From assembly GCA_965238005.1 (NCBI GenBank), contig OZ250165.1, positions 224,001 to 288,000 of the forward strand: a stretch of 64,000 nt of DNA. The letters are read 5' to 3'. This DNA is from Longimicrobiales bacterium (GTDB lineage: Bacteria > Gemmatimonadota > Gemmatimonadetes > Longimicrobiales > Gaopeijiaceae). Shown here one piece after another: positions 13,636 to 24,023 of this stretch (the first letter of the stretch is position 1; every line of letters begins with the position of its first letter). Under the pieces are notes generated by a model. The model was not told the DNA's origin and did no database searches. It saw only the letters and a list, made by a program, of their open reading frames with translations. Made by a program: the position numbers and the translations under genes.

Positions 13636-16026
13636 TCAGTCCGTCAAGGTCCGGGCCCGGGCGTCCCCCGACTCCACCAACTCCCTGAAGTACGGGATCG
13701 TCTTCTTGAGACCCTCGTGGAGCGTGGTGATGGCCTCCCACCCCAGGACCTCCATGGCCACAGAGATGTCAGGCTGTCGGACCTTCGGGTCGTCCTCGGG
13801 GAGCGGTCTGTATTCGATGTCCGACTGGGACTCTGTCTCCTCCAGCACCAGCTCCGCCAGCTCGGCGATGGTGAACTCGTGAGGGTTGCCGATGTTGGTC
13901 GGGTCTGTGCGGTCGGAGTGGAAGACCCGGAAGATCCCCTCGACCTCGTCGTCCACGTAGCAGAAGGAGCGCGTCTGGGACCCGTCCCCGTAGACGGTGA
14001 GGGGCTCGTTTCGCAGAGCCTGCACGATGAAGTTCGAGACGACGCGGCCGTCGGCGGGACGCATGCGCGGCCCGTAGGTGTTGTGGGCAAACACCCCATT
14101 GCCGGCGAGGAAGTTCTCGTAGCCCTCCACGCCGAAGTCGTAGACGTACTCCGATGCCTCTACGGGCTCGATCTCACGGACCTTCGCCCAGACGAGATCG
14201 CCTGTCCGGGTGGCGTTTAGGCGCTGCTCCACCCCCTGGTCCCAGGTCAGGATGTCGAAGTTCGACACCCCACAGACGGTGAGTCTCCAGAAGGGGAACG
14301 TCCGATCACCGTACTTCTTCCTGAAGGTCGTCTCGTAGCGCGCCACCGACGCGACGATTCCGAAGCGCAGCAGAAGGTAGCTCAGGTCCGTCGCGAGCCC
14401 ATCGCTCACCGTGTTGAACGCGAGGTCGCGGCACTCCGGACAGCCGGTGTGTGTGCCATCGCCCTCCCTGTACCCCTCGAGGAAGTGCTTCAGGCGGGAC
14501 AGCGGTAGCTGGAAGATCCAGGGAGGGATTCGGATCGCGGTCGAGGCGCCCGTGACCTGGAACACCTGGTCGAAGAGGCAGAAGAGAGCCTTCGAGTCCA
14601 CGTAGAGGGAAGGACCCCGCTCCATCGTCGCCTCGACCTTACGGGTATCCACACCGAAGCAGGCATCGAACACTTCGCAGGCCCGTTCCACGAATTCGTC
14701 GTCCGACGACAGGAGTAGGCGGTAGGTCCCCTTGGAGTCCACGTGACAGCCCTCGGCAACGAACAGCCCCAGGAGCCACAAGAGATCGTCCGTGATGGGA
14801 ACTCGGCACCGGATCGCGGCTCCACCTCCCCCCGTAAAGGGTTGGATCACCACGTCCTCGGGCCAAACAGCCCCCCACCGTCGATGTAGGCGAGCCATCA
14901 CTGAGAGTGGGATCTTCCCTTCCTTCCTGAGCCTCCGCCACAAGCAACCGACCGTGTTGCGCTTGCGCCGGCTTCCGTCGAAACGCGGGCTCTCCATGAG
15001 GAAGTCGAAGATCTCCTCCTTGTACCGCTCGAGCACGGGCGTCAGACCGGGAGAGACAAGGGCATAACCCCAAAGGCTCTCGTCCGACTCCGACTGCCGG
15101 ATCAGGTGCTCGGCGAGATCCACGTACTCGAGGTCCCGCTCCACCACGGGGAGACGACCCGGAATGGCGATGTAGTCGCCCACCTTCAGGTCTCGAACCG
15201 GAACGGCCTCCGGCAGACGATCGGAATCGCGCCGAAAGAGGCTGTGGTCCCCGGTGACGCGGATGTGTCTTCCGTACCGCGTGACGATCCGAAACGCATC
15301 CTTGCCGAGTGAGTGGTGCTTGATGAGGGCGTCGGCCTCTCGAAGCTCGACTTCGAGCGTCCGCGGATTGAACGCCGGAACGCGCATGCGACGGCGAACG
15401 ACGAGGGGGCTGTCGGATGCCGCATCGAAGTAATCCTCCACTGCCTCTATGTGGGCCGTAGCGTCGTTGAAGAGGATGACCGTCTCGTCGGCGAGGATGC
15501 TGTTGAAGATCCTCACGATCCTCGTATGCACGCCGTGGTACCGGTGGTACGCCATCGTCATGGCCTCAGCGAAGCGCTTGGCCTCGTCGTAGACGCCGCG
15601 TAGACCCACCGGATTCACGTTGCCCCAGTACGCCTCGGGCTGCGGGTGGACGTCCGGATCGCCGTACACCTCCGACGTGGAGGCCAGGAGGAACCGCGCC
15701 GACTTCGCCAGGGAGAGCCCGAGCATGTTGTGTGTGCCGAGGCTCCCGACCTTCAGCGTTTGAATCGGCAACTCCAGGTAGTCCACGGGGCTGGCCGGCG
15801 ACGCGAAGTGGAGGACCCCGTCCAGCTCCTCGTGGATGTAGAGCGGCGTGGAGATGTCGTGTCGCAGAAAGGAGAACCCCTCGTTCTTCTGGAGATTGGC
15901 GATGTTCTCGGGCGAGCCCGTGATGAGGTTGTCCACGCCGATGACGTGGTAGCCCTCCAGAAGGAACCGGTCGGCCAGGTGGGAGCCGAGGAATCCGGCG
16001 GCTCCGGTGATCAGGATGCGCTCCAC
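13636..16026 (-). CDS. UDP-glucuronate decarboxylase (UXS-like) containing an intein
   Basis: [33 protein letters not shown]|intein|[17 protein letters not shown] start after GAGGAGG. Confidence 0.92.
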   Translation of the reverse strand: MERILITGAAGFLGSHLADRFLLEGYHVIGVDNLITGSPENIANLQKNEGFSFLRHDISTPLYIHEELDGVLHFASPASPVDYLELPIQTLKVGSLGTHNMLGLSLAKSARFLLASTSEVYGDPDVHPQPEAYWGNVNPVGLRGVYDEAKRFAEAMTMAYHRYHGVHTRIVRIFNSILADETVILFNDATAHIEAVEDYFDAASDSPLVVRRRMRVPAFNPRTLEVELREADALIKHHSLGKDAFRIVTRYGRHIRVTGDHSLFRRDSDRLPEAVPVRDLKVGDYIAIPGRLPVVERDLEYVDLAEHLIRQSESDESLWGYALVSPGLTPVLERYKEEIFDFLMESPRFDGSRRKRNTVGCLWRRLRKEGKIPLSVMARLHRRWGAVWPEDVVIQPFTGGGGAAIRCRVPITDDLLWLLGLFVAEGCHVDSKGTYRLLLSSDDEFVERACEVFDACFGVDTRKVEATMERGPSLYVDSKALFCLFDQVFQVTGASTAIRIPPWIFQLPLSRLKHFLEGYREGDGTHTGCPECRDLAFNTVSDGLATDLSYLLLRFGIVASVARYETTFRKKYGDRTFPFWRLTVCGVSNFDILTWDQGVEQRLNATRTGDLVWAKVREIEPVEASEYVYDFGVEGYENFLAGNGVFAHNTYGPRMRPADGRVVSNFIVQALRNEPLTVYGDGSQTRSFCYVDDEVEGIFRVFHSDRTDPTNIGNPHEFTIAELAELVLEETESQSDIEYRPLPEDDPKVRQPDISVAMEVLGWEAITTLHEGLKKTIPYFRELVESGDARARTLTD
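14080..15501 (-). mobile_element. 474-aa intein with LAGLIDADG homing endonuclease
   Basis: Starts SILADETV, block [17 protein letters not shown] and [10 protein letters not shown], ends [22 protein letters not shown] before Thr. Confidence 0.93.
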
Positions 16027-16027
16027 G

Positions 16028-16126
16028 TCAGGCCACCTCCTCACGAAGCGCCTCGACCTCGGAGTCGATGCTGCTAAGACAGCAGGTGAGGAGCTCCACC
16101 AGCTCCTGGTATTCGCTTTGCGTCAT
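16028..16126 (-). CDS. 32-aa truncated member of the local MTxSEYQEL coiled-coil family
   Basis: Manual translation [32 protein letters not shown]. Confidence 0.5.
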   Translation of the reverse strand: MTQSEYQELVELLTCCLSSIDSEVEALREEVA

Positions 16127-16228
16127 CCGCCCTCGGGTTCTCTGGGGATCCGCCCCATGCTACGCCTTCCCTGCCACCCTCGACAAGGTACGAGGGAGGG
16201 GGACCATTCGGGCCCTTTCTTGCGGAGC

Positions 16229-16648
16229 TCAGCTCGAAGGCCGTGAGGACCAATCCTCCACCTCCAGGGCGGGCACCCGCCCGAACTCCCGGACGTTCGC
16301 CGTCGCCAAGCGGAGGTCGTGGGTGAGACACGCCGCGGCGAGCCAGAGATCGTGGGCACCGATGAGCCGGCCCTCTTCTGCCAGATCCGCCCAGAGGCGG
16401 GCGTGCACCCGGGCGGTGGCGATCTCGACGGGAAGGAAGGGCATGCTCCCGAGAACTCCCTCGACGAAGGCGGTCCTCCGGGCGCGGGTCACGGGATCCT
16501 TCGCCCGATGGACGCCGTGGAGGAGCTCGCTTGCCGTCACGACGGACAGGAAGAAGGTCTCCTCTTCCCGCCCCCGGATCCGCGCTTCCAGGTCCACGCG
16601 ACCCCTCTCGTAGTCAATCAGGACCGAAGTGTCGATCAGGACTCCCAC
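16229..16648 (-). CDS. vapC: PIN-domain toxin (VapC)
   Basis: [33 protein letters not shown]. Confidence 0.92.
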   Translation of the reverse strand: MGVLIDTSVLIDYERGRVDLEARIRGREEETFFLSVVTASELLHGVHRAKDPVTRARRTAFVEGVLGSMPFLPVEIATARVHARLWADLAEEGRLIGAHDLWLAAACLTHDLRLATANVREFGRVPALEVEDWSSRPSS

Positions 16649-16914
16649 GGATCTTCGTCGGGGAGGGCGGGAAGCGAGTCCCTGGCCTCCTGCATATCCC
16701 GACGCAACGCCTCCGCCTCTTCGACAGACAGGCGGGGAACAGCCTCGAGGAGGGCCGGAAGATCGCCGAGCCGTCCGCCTCGGGGAACCGGGACCAGTCG
16801 AGCCACGGGCCTTCCGCCCCGCTCCAGGACGAAGCGCTCCCCCCTGTAGAACACCCTGCTGACGATGTCCGCAAAGTTTCGGGCCGCTTCCGTCACCGAG
16901 ATCGTGTGCTTCAT
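16636..16914 (-). CDS. Phd/YefM antitoxin
   Basis: ISVTEAARNFADIVSRV...VLERGGRPVARLVP; overlaps vapC. Confidence 0.88.
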   Translation of the reverse strand: MKHTISVTEAARNFADIVSRVFYRGERFVLERGGRPVARLVPVPRGGRLGDLPALLEAVPRLSVEEAEALRRDMQEARDSLPALPDEDPWES

Positions 16915-16973
16915 CGTTGAGCTGGCAGAGGTCAGGGTCCGGGTTCGAAGACCTGAGATCAAACGAGTGTCAC

Positions 16974-16994
16974 ATAATCATATAATATGATTAT
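16974..16994. promoter_or_regulatory. Perfect palindrome, probable TA autoregulatory operator
   Basis: ATAATCATAT-A-ATATGATTAT about 60 bp upstream of the antitoxin. Confidence 0.65.
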
Positions 16995-17009
16995 CTGACG
17001 CGCAAGGCA

Positions 17010-17285
17010 TCCGGCTCAGCGATTGCGGGCCGAGGGACCAAGAGGGATTTCATCGACGTATTCGCTCTGGGCCGTAGTGGCCTCGGTCTTGGGGAGATGC
17101 TTGACCTACACAAGCGTAGGTTCGCAGTTCGGGATATCGGGCACGTGGTAATGAGCCTCACCTACTTCGACGACGCCGAGGCCGAGGACATGCCGACAAT
17201 GCTGTGGGATGTGGGCTGGAGCGACGTCAAGCGGTCGATCGAACGCTGGGTTACAGACTACGCCCGCCACCCTGACCCACCCTAG
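17010..17285 (+). pseudogene. C-terminal remnant of AbiEii-like nucleotidyltransferase
   Basis: LSDCGPR / RGTKRDFIDVFAL...SLTYFDDAEAEDMP; no N-terminus. Confidence 0.65.
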
Positions 17286-17318
17286 CGACAGGGGGGTCTT
17301 GTGTAAACAGCGGAAGAC

Positions 17319-17480
17319 TCATCGCCTGCGATCTTCCTCCAGGCGCGTCACCCGCCGGTCCAGCTCCAGGTGGCAAGTCCGTAGCAACTCGCCAAGATCC
17401 TGAAAGCCAACGGCCACCTCGGAGCGGAACGCCTCGAGCCTGCGGTCGTTCCCCGACACGGCTTCGGCCACAACCAAAGG
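17319..17480 (-). pseudogene. C-terminal remnant of the coiled-coil family ORF
   Basis: VVAEAVSG...AFRSEVA...ELDRRVTRLEEDRR, homologous to 22664..23020. Confidence 0.6.
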
Positions 17481-17543
17481 GCTTGGACCTGGGACCGGTC
17501 CATGCTCAACGGAGCAGGCTCCTGAGGCATCGGGTTCCGCAGG

Positions 17544-17568
17544 TTGACATCGTGACGCTTTGATGTCA
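17544..17568 (+). promoter_or_regulatory. -35 box overlapped by inverted-repeat operator
   Basis: TTGACA plus TGACATC-N10-GATGTCA just upstream of the RHH antitoxin. Confidence 0.6.
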
Positions 17569-17577
17569 TGGTGTGGC

Positions 17578-17811
17578 ATGGACACGAAATCCAAGCGCAC
17601 CACCGTCTACTTCGACGCTACCATCCATAGGGCGCTGCGTCTCAAGGCGGCTGAGACTGAGCAAAGCCTGTCGGATCTCGTGAATGCCGCGGTACGCGAG
17701 AGCCTCTTCGAAGACTCCGAGGATCTCGAGGCCTTCGAGGCCCGCGCCAAGGAACCGAGTCTCCTCTTCGAAGAGGTGCTCAAGGACCTGAGGCGTCGTG
17801 GCAAGCTATGA
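17578..17811 (+). CDS. Ribbon-helix-helix (CopG-like) antitoxin
   Basis: KRTTVYFD...HRALRLKAAET.QSLSDLVNAAVR...EDLEAFEARAKEP. Confidence 0.85.
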   Translation: MDTKSKRTTVYFDATIHRALRLKAAETEQSLSDLVNAAVRESLFEDSEDLEAFEARAKEPSLLFEEVLKDLRRRGKL

Positions 17812-18055
17812 GCTCCGGATCAAGCCATCGGCCGTGAAGGAGTTGGAGGCCCTGCAGGACAAGGACCGACGTCGCGTTGTCGCCCGGATCCAGGCGTTGG
17901 CCGAGGAGTGCCGGCCCCAAGGATGCCAGAGACTCACCCAGAACGACCGTTATCGAATTCGTCAGGGCGTGTTCCGCATTCTTTACGAAGTGGACGATGG
18001 TGCCCGGACAGTAACCATCGTAAAGATCGGTCATCGTCGCGACGCCTACCGGTGA
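17798..18055 (+). CDS. RelE/ParE-family toxin
   Basis: YELRIKPSAVKEL...YRIRQGVFRILY...KIGHRRDAYR. Confidence 0.9.
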   Translation: MASYELRIKPSAVKELEALQDKDRRRVVARIQALAEECRPQGCQRLTQNDRYRIRQGVFRILYEVDDGARTVTIVKIGHRRDAYR

Positions 18056-18353
18056 TGCTGAGTACCGGTGCTCCGCAATGATCGATGCGGGTAAACTACT
18101 TCTGTGCCACCCGGTTCTGTGCCACCCGGGCGGCACCAAGATGCTTCCTCAGGGCGAAGAGGGGGATCGGCTTGGCTCGCCTCAGGATCCAACGGGTTCG
18201 GGATTCCCCGCTCCAGTTTCCAAAGCAAGGCGAAACCCTGGGCGACACCATGGCGTGGTGGGCCAGCGATAATGGCGCCGGAGGAAGGGCACCAGCCAGT
18301 GGGGGTGTTGTGCGCGAGTCGGCGGCTCAATTGACGCGGTTGGTGAGAGCCGA

Positions 18354-20726
18354 TCAGCCCTGGTCCGGAGCGCCCACCGCCGGGCGGCCCACCGAGTAGT
18401 ACTCGAAGCCCGCCTCCGCCATACTCTCGAGCGAGTAGAGGTTTCGCCCATCGAAGACGAGGGGCTGCGCCATGAGACTTCGCATGCGGCCGAAGTCGGG
18501 GTGGCGGTACGGCAGCCACTCGGTGTGGATGACCAGCGCGTCGGCGTCCTTCAGGGCGTCGTAGTTCGCGTCCACCAACTCGATCGAGTCCCCCAGAATC
18601 CGGCGGGCTTCTCCCATGGCGGCCGGGTCATGCGCGACCACGCGGGCGCCCGCCTCGAGCAGACCGGCGATCGTCACCAGGCTGGGCGCCTCACGCATGT
18701 CGTCGGTGTTCGGCTTGAACGCCAGGCCCCATATGGCGATGGTCTGCCCCGAAAGGTCCGCGCCCAGGCGATCGACGAGCCCCTCGATCAAAAGCCGCTT
18801 CTGCGCCTCGTTCACGGCGTGGACGGCATCGAGGATGGACCCGTCCGTGCCCATCTCGCGCATGGTGTTGGCGAGCGCATTCACATCCTTTGGAAAACAG
18901 TTGTGCACCACGAGGCCCGCGGTCGTAACAAACGTCTCCTTCCCCGGAACCTCGACGGAGTAGACCCAGCCTCTGAAAGGGACAGGCCGGGACTCGGTGA
19001 CGCGCACCCACGCGACGCCTCGGGCGGGGCGGTAGCCGGTGGGAGCGACACGCTTGGTCTGGCGTGCCAGCGACGCGAGAACAGCCGGCCGGTCGGCTGG
19101 CTTCACCAACTCGATGAGCTGTTCCACCTGATTGGCGCCGGCGACGGCGACCCAGTGGGTGTCGGTGGTGGATTTGGCCGTCCGACCCACCTTGAGGCGA
19201 GCGCCGAACCCCAACCCGCCCAGGAGTCGCACCACACCGTCGGCGAGTTCTCGACTCACCGTTCCCCACTCGAGAACCACGCTCTGCCCTCCGTTGACCA
19301 GCGACCACGAGCCGTCTCCTTGCCAGAGGCCGGAAAGCAGGGCGATTTGCTCGGACGACGAGAGGTCCCAGACGGCATCGGGGAGCCGTTGCGTGTAGCA
19401 GTTGGCGCTCCGGGGGTGTTCCATCACCGCCGTCCGTACCTGGGCAAGCTCGAGTCCAGCCCGGGCCTCGGCTCCCAGGCGCACGATGACCTCGTCTTCA
19501 CGGAAGCCCATTGAAGCCATAGTTCCCACGACCTCCAGTTCCTCGTCGGCCTCCTGTAGCGCGGCCGGCTGGCCCATGGCCACCGGCAGCCAATCCTCGG
19601 TGGTCAGCTCCTGCGCCAGCTTCACCTGCGGCGCTCCGCCCACCCCATCGGAGACCACGAAGGGATGATCTGGCGTGCACCGCAGCCGACGCCCCATCTT
19701 GGTGCGGATCTTCAGGACTTCCCCCTCGTACCAGCGTCGGGTCACCGCCGAGGCCCGACGCCACTGCGGTCCCCCATCCGGACTCCACGACAGCACGGTC
19801 AGATCATCCGTCCAGGTCACTTCGGGCTCGAGGTCGTCCGTCACGGACGAAGGCACCACAGCGCAGTCCTCAAAGAGGGCATCCAGACGCACAAGGGTGG
19901 CACACCCCTTCCGCCGTGCCAGGACGGTCTCCTGGCCCAACAAACAGCTTCCCCCGTAGCCCACCCCCGGGAACAGGAAGCTCGACCCGATCCGCGAGTC
20001 CGACCCCACGCCCCGGCGCACGCTGTCCACGTCGGCGCCTGTGCGTGAACACAGGTCGGCCACCGAGTTCATGAAGCTGATGCGGAGTGCCAGCATGGCG
20101 TTCGCGGCGTACTTGGTGATCTCCGCCGCCGCCACGTCCATCAGGAGGATGTCGTGGCCCGTGCGCACGAACGGGGCGTAGAGGTCCCGGAGCACGGCGG
20201 CCGCGTACTCGCTGTCGACGCCCAGCACCACGCGGTCGGGCTTCATGAAGTCTTCAACGGCAGCCCCTTCCTTGAGGAATTCGGGGTTGGAGCAGACGTG
20301 GACCGGATGGTCCGTCTCCGCCTCGACGGCCTCACGAACCTTGGCTGCCGTCCCCACCGGCACCGTGCTCTTGGTGATGACGATCTTCTCGCCGTTCATG
20401 GCCCGGCCGATGGTCCGGGCGGCGTCGAGGATGTGCTGGAGGTCCGCCGAGCCGTCCTCGTCGGGGGGCGTGCCCACTGCGATGAAGATGATCTCGGAGG
20501 CCCGGACGGCCTCTGGGATGTCGGTCGTGAAGGTGAGGCGGCCCGATCGGAGGTTCCGCTCCACCAAGGGCTCGAGGCCCGGCTCGTATATGGGGATCTC
20601 GCCAGCGTTGAGCCGTGCGATCTTGTTCTCGATGATGTCCGAACAGACAACGTCGTTGCCGGTCTCGGCGAGGCAGGCGCCGGCTACGAGGCCGACGTAT
20701 CCGGTTCCGATGACTGCTACGTGCAT
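18354..20726 (-). CDS. ugd: UDP-glucose 6-dehydrogenase containing an intein
   Basis: [29 protein letters not shown]|intein|CFPKD, GLAFKPNTDDMR. Confidence 0.95.
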   Translation of the reverse strand: MHVAVIGTGYVGLVAGACLAETGNDVVCSDIIENKIARLNAGEIPIYEPGLEPLVERNLRSGRLTFTTDIPEAVRASEIIFIAVGTPPDEDGSADLQHILDAARTIGRAMNGEKIVITKSTVPVGTAAKVREAVEAETDHPVHVCSNPEFLKEGAAVEDFMKPDRVVLGVDSEYAAAVLRDLYAPFVRTGHDILLMDVAAAEITKYAANAMLALRISFMNSVADLCSRTGADVDSVRRGVGSDSRIGSSFLFPGVGYGGSCLLGQETVLARRKGCATLVRLDALFEDCAVVPSSVTDDLEPEVTWTDDLTVLSWSPDGGPQWRRASAVTRRWYEGEVLKIRTKMGRRLRCTPDHPFVVSDGVGGAPQVKLAQELTTEDWLPVAMGQPAALQEADEELEVVGTMASMGFREDEVIVRLGAEARAGLELAQVRTAVMEHPRSANCYTQRLPDAVWDLSSSEQIALLSGLWQGDGSWSLVNGGQSVVLEWGTVSRELADGVVRLLGGLGFGARLKVGRTAKSTTDTHWVAVAGANQVEQLIELVKPADRPAVLASLARQTKRVAPTGYRPARGVAWVRVTESRPVPFRGWVYSVEVPGKETFVTTAGLVVHNCFPKDVNALANTMREMGTDGSILDAVHAVNEAQKRLLIEGLVDRLGADLSGQTIAIWGLAFKPNTDDMREAPSLVTIAGLLEAGARVVAHDPAAMGEARRILGDSIELVDANYDALKDADALVIHTEWLPYRHPDFGRMRSLMAQPLVFDGRNLYSLESMAEAGFEYYSVGRPAVGAPDQG
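18900..19946 (-). mobile_element. 349-aa intein with a degenerate, apparently single-motif LAGLIDADG region
   Basis: Starts CLLGQETV, TPDHPF, LLSGLWQGDG, ends VYSVEVPGKETFVTTAGLVVHN before Cys. Confidence 0.93.
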
Positions 20727-21062
20727 GTGGCCTCGAGGTTGAGGGGGACGAACGAACGCACCAACATACTTCCTCAGGACGAAGAGCGGGCGCTATCTTT
20801 GGAGAGAGCGCCCGATTCCTGGGGGTCGAAATGGCACCTCACAGATCGAATAACGGTCAACCCGAGGCAATGTGGGGGTCGCCCCCGCGTTCGCGGTTTG
20901 CGGATCCGCGTGAGCGATGTCTGCACTTCGCCAGTGATCGCGTGAACCATCCGATCATGGGTGCGTGAAGCTCTGGCTCGGCAGGCGCCTGCCACCAGAC
21001 TCCACCCGCCGCTCTGACCCCCCAAAAGCGACAGGATGGTCTTCCAAAAAACAGCGGAAGAC

Positions 21063-21324
21063 TCAGCGCCTATCGCCTCCCTCCAGACGCGTCACACGTC
21101 GGTCCAGCTCCAGGTGGGAAGTCCAGTAGCTCCCGAAAGCCAGCCGCCACTTCGGAGCGGAACACCTGGAGCTTGCCGTCGATCCCCGACACGGCCTCGG
21201 CCACGATCTGGGTCTGGTGGCGGTTCTCTTCCCCGAGGATCTCCACACGGCGGAGACGCTCGTCGATACCGTCGAGCCGGGGGGCGATGAACTCCACCAG
21301 CTCCTGGTATTCGCTCCTAGTCAT
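21063..21324 (-). pseudogene. Coiled-coil family ORF frameshifted near its C-terminus
   Basis: [37 protein letters not shown]; the SHLELDRRVTRLEG tail is in another frame. Confidence 0.6.
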
Positions 21325-21609
21325 CCGGCCTCTGGCCCCATGCCCACATGCCATGCGTTCGCTCTCACTCGGGCCAAGGTAAGACAATCTTCGCGGCAAG
21401 ACGATGCCCGGATGGGACGACACTCCTTAGGCGGTTTGCCACCGCAGTGCCCATCTCGTCGGGATGCGTGGGTGGCCGACGCGTAGGCAGGCTCCTTCGG
21501 GACCCGCTCGATTCCTTTTGTGTTCAGTGGTAGTCCGTGATCTCGACGTGCGCGGGGCCCTGGTCGGTCCCCACAAAACAACGCCGAGGATGGCCCGCCG
21601 ACGACAGGA

Positions 21610-22038
21610 CTACGGGACGCGGACCCGCTCAGCCATCTCGGGCCACGCGATCCTCTTGAAGTGCCCGATGTTCCAGGTGTACACGGCCTCAACCTTCGCG
21701 CGCTCGGCGCACTTGAGGATGAGCGCGTCGTAGATCCGACCGCTCCGCGCCTCCACCCCGGCGACGTGTCGCAACACCCACAGGTAATCGCCCACGTCCA
21801 ATGTCACCGGAGCAAATGCGGTAGCCACGTGTTCGACGGCTTCGAGCACCTGATCCACCCGGCGCATCTTCGGCGTGGGAGTGGCCGAGAGCGTCGCGTA
21901 CAGCTCGGCGAGGGAGTGGGCGGCCACGAAGGCGTTCGAAGGAGTGGCCGTGGCCACGAGAGCCAGAGACCGCCGATGGTGCCGATGCGCGGCCTCGGAG
22001 GCCGCGAAGAGCACGGTCGTGTCGCAGAGAAAAGTCAT
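21610..22038 (-). CDS. vapC: PIN-domain toxin, copy 1
   Basis: CDTTVL, HSLAELYATL, IYDALI, YTWN. Confidence 0.88.
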   Translation of the reverse strand: MTFLCDTTVLFAASEAAHRHHRRSLALVATATPSNAFVAAHSLAELYATLSATPTPKMRRVDQVLEAVEHVATAFAPVTLDVGDYLWVLRHVAGVEARSGRIYDALILKCAERAKVEAVYTWNIGHFKRIAWPEMAERVRVP

Positions 22039-22052
22039 CGACCGAGAAGCCG

Positions 22053-22328
22053 CTACTCGTCTCCCCGGACCTGCCGGTGCCTGCGCTCCCGCTCGTCCTC
22101 AACGGCCCGGCCCAGGTCAACCGTCTGCTCCTCGCCGGACCGGAACACGACCCAGCCGCTGGCGTGCCGCTCGGCCGGAATCTCCTCCGGCCTCGGCCGG
22201 AGCACAATCCCATCCGGAGACTCGAAGATCTCGAGGCGGTGGCTCCCGTCGAGGAGGCCGTACTTCTCGCGCATGGCCCGTGGGACAACCACGCGACCGG
22301 AGCGATCCATCCTGATGGTCTTCTTCAT
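22053..22328 (-). CDS. AbrB/MazE antitoxin, copy 1
   Basis: MDRSGRVVVPRAMREKYGL...DGIVLRP. Confidence 0.88.
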   Translation of the reverse strand: MKKTIRMDRSGRVVVPRAMREKYGLLDGSHRLEIFESPDGIVLRPRPEEIPAERHASGWVVFRSGEEQTVDLGRAVEDERERRHRQVRGDE

Positions 22329-22663
22329 ACCATAAACGATGGCACGCGAAGGTGGTATCGTCAATGGCACAGACATGCCATTCGTGCCGCCATCGATCCC
22401 GAGCTAGACGCCCGTCCGAGCCGGCATCATGTTCGGGTGGGAGGGGAGCCATCATCGCACGATCCGCCGTATCCCACGCCGTGGATCGAACGGAAGGCGG
22501 AAGAAATACCGTCGAAAAGACGGACTCCCAACTCGCTCCCACCTGGGCGCGTCTGGCTCAGCGGCCTATCTCCAGCCTCGATATGAGGACATCGAGATCG
22601 AGCAGGCCCGGTACGATGAGGCAGAACGCAGATTGGGGTGGGTTTCTGTAAGCAGGGTAAGAC

Positions 22664-23020
22664 TCACCGCCCACGATCTTCCTCCAGGCGCGTCATCCGC
22701 CGGTTCAGCTCCAGGTAGGAAGTCCCTATCAACTCGCGAATGTCCTGGAACTCAGCGGCCACCTCCGACCGGAACGCCTCGAGCTTGAGGGCGTTCCCCG
22801 ACACGCCTTCGGCCACTCCCGACAAGCCTTGGGCCACACCCGACAAGCCTTCGGCCACCCCCGACACGCCTTCGGCCACGATCTGGATCTGGTGGCGGTT
22901 CTCTTCCCCGAGGATCTCCACACGGCGGAGGCGCTCATCCATAGAGTCGAAGCGCTTGTCGTTGCGATCGAACCGGACGGCGATGAACTCCGCGAGCTCC
23001 TGGTACTCGCTCCTGGTCAT
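22664..23020 (-). CDS. Coiled-coil protein with heptad-repeat expansion
   Basis: MTRSEYQEL...(VAEGVSG-like) x4...RMTRLEEDRGR. Confidence 0.65.
   Translation of the reverse strand: MTRSEYQELAEFIAVRFDRNDKRFDSMDERLRRVEILGEENRHQIQIVAEGVSGVAEGLSGVAQGLSGVAEGVSGNALKLEAFRSEVAAEFQDIRELIGTSYLELNRRMTRLEEDRGR
22797..22880. repeat. 4 x 21-bp tandem repeat
   Basis: Units of CCCGACA(C/A)GCCTT(C/G)GGCCACN. Confidence 0.9.
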
Positions 23021-23304
23021 CTGGCCTCTGGCTTCAAGCCCCCAGGCTACGCGTTCCCTCTCACTCGGGCCAAGATAAGACAATCTTCGCGGCAAGACGA
23101 TGCCCGGATGGGACGACACTCCTTAGGCGGTTTGGCACCGCAGTGCCCATCTCGTCGGGATGCGTTGTGGCCGACGCGTAGGCAGGCTCCTTCGGGACCC
23201 GCTCGATTCCTTTTGTGTTCAGTGGTAGTCCGTGATCTCGACGTGCGCGGGGCCCTGGTCGGTCCCCACAAAACAACGCCGAGGATGGCCCGCCGACGAC
23301 AGGA

Positions 23305-23733
23305 CTACGGGACGCGGACCCGCTCAGCCATCTCGGGCCACGCGATCCTCCTAAAGCGCCCGATGTTCCAGGTGTACACCGCCTCAACCTTCGCGCGCTC
23401 GGCGCACTTGAGGATGAGCGCGTCGTAGATCTGACCGCTCCGCGCCTCCACCCCGGCGACGTGTCGCAACACCCACAGGTAATCGCCCACGTCCAATGTC
23501 ACCGGAGCAAATGCGGTAGCCACGTGTTCGACGGCTTCGAGCACCTGATCCACCCGGCGCATCTTCGGCGTGGGAGTGGCCGAGAGCGTCGCGTACAGCT
23601 CGGCGAGGGAGTGGGCGGCCACGAAGGCGTTCGAAGGAGTCGCCGTGGCCACGAGAGCCAGAGACCGCCGATGGTGCCGATGCGCGGCCTCGGAGGCCGC
23701 GAAGAGCACGGTCGTGTCGCAGAGAAAAGTCAT
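23305..23733 (-). CDS. vapC: PIN-domain toxin, copy 2
   Basis: Near-identical to 21610..22038 at a 1695-bp offset. Confidence 0.88.
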   Translation of the reverse strand: MTFLCDTTVLFAASEAAHRHHRRSLALVATATPSNAFVAAHSLAELYATLSATPTPKMRRVDQVLEAVEHVATAFAPVTLDVGDYLWVLRHVAGVEARSGQIYDALILKCAERAKVEAVYTWNIGRFRRIAWPEMAERVRVP

Positions 23734-23747
23734 CGACCGAGAAGCCG

Positions 23748-24023
23748 CTACTCGTCTCCCCGGACCTGCCGGTGCCTGCGCTCCCACTCCTCCTCAACGG
23801 CCCGGCCCAGGTCAACCGTCTGCTCCTCGCCGGACCGGAACACGACCCAGCCGCTAGCGTGCCGCTCGGCCGGAATCTCCTCCGGCCTCGGCCGGAGCAC
23901 AATCCCGTCCGGAGACTCGAAGATCTCGAGGCGGTGGTCCCCGTCGACGAGGCCGTACTTCTCGCGCATGGCCCGTGGGACAACCACGCGACCGGCGCGA
24001 TCCATCTTGATGGTCTTCTTCAT
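23748..24023 (-). CDS. AbrB/MazE antitoxin, copy 2
   Basis: Near-identical to 22053..22328. Confidence 0.88.
   Translation of the reverse strand: MKKTIKMDRAGRVVVPRAMREKYGLVDGDHRLEIFESPDGIVLRPRPEEIPAERHASGWVVFRSGEEQTVDLGRAVEEEWERRHRQVRGDE

Noticed and set aside
18100..18130. 2 x 15-bp tandem TTCTGTGCCACCCGG
   Set aside because: Only two units; a local slippage duplication with no further support.
22797..22880. 21-bp repeats as a CRISPR array
   Set aside because: No spacers; they are in-frame heptad codons, and no cas genes are present.
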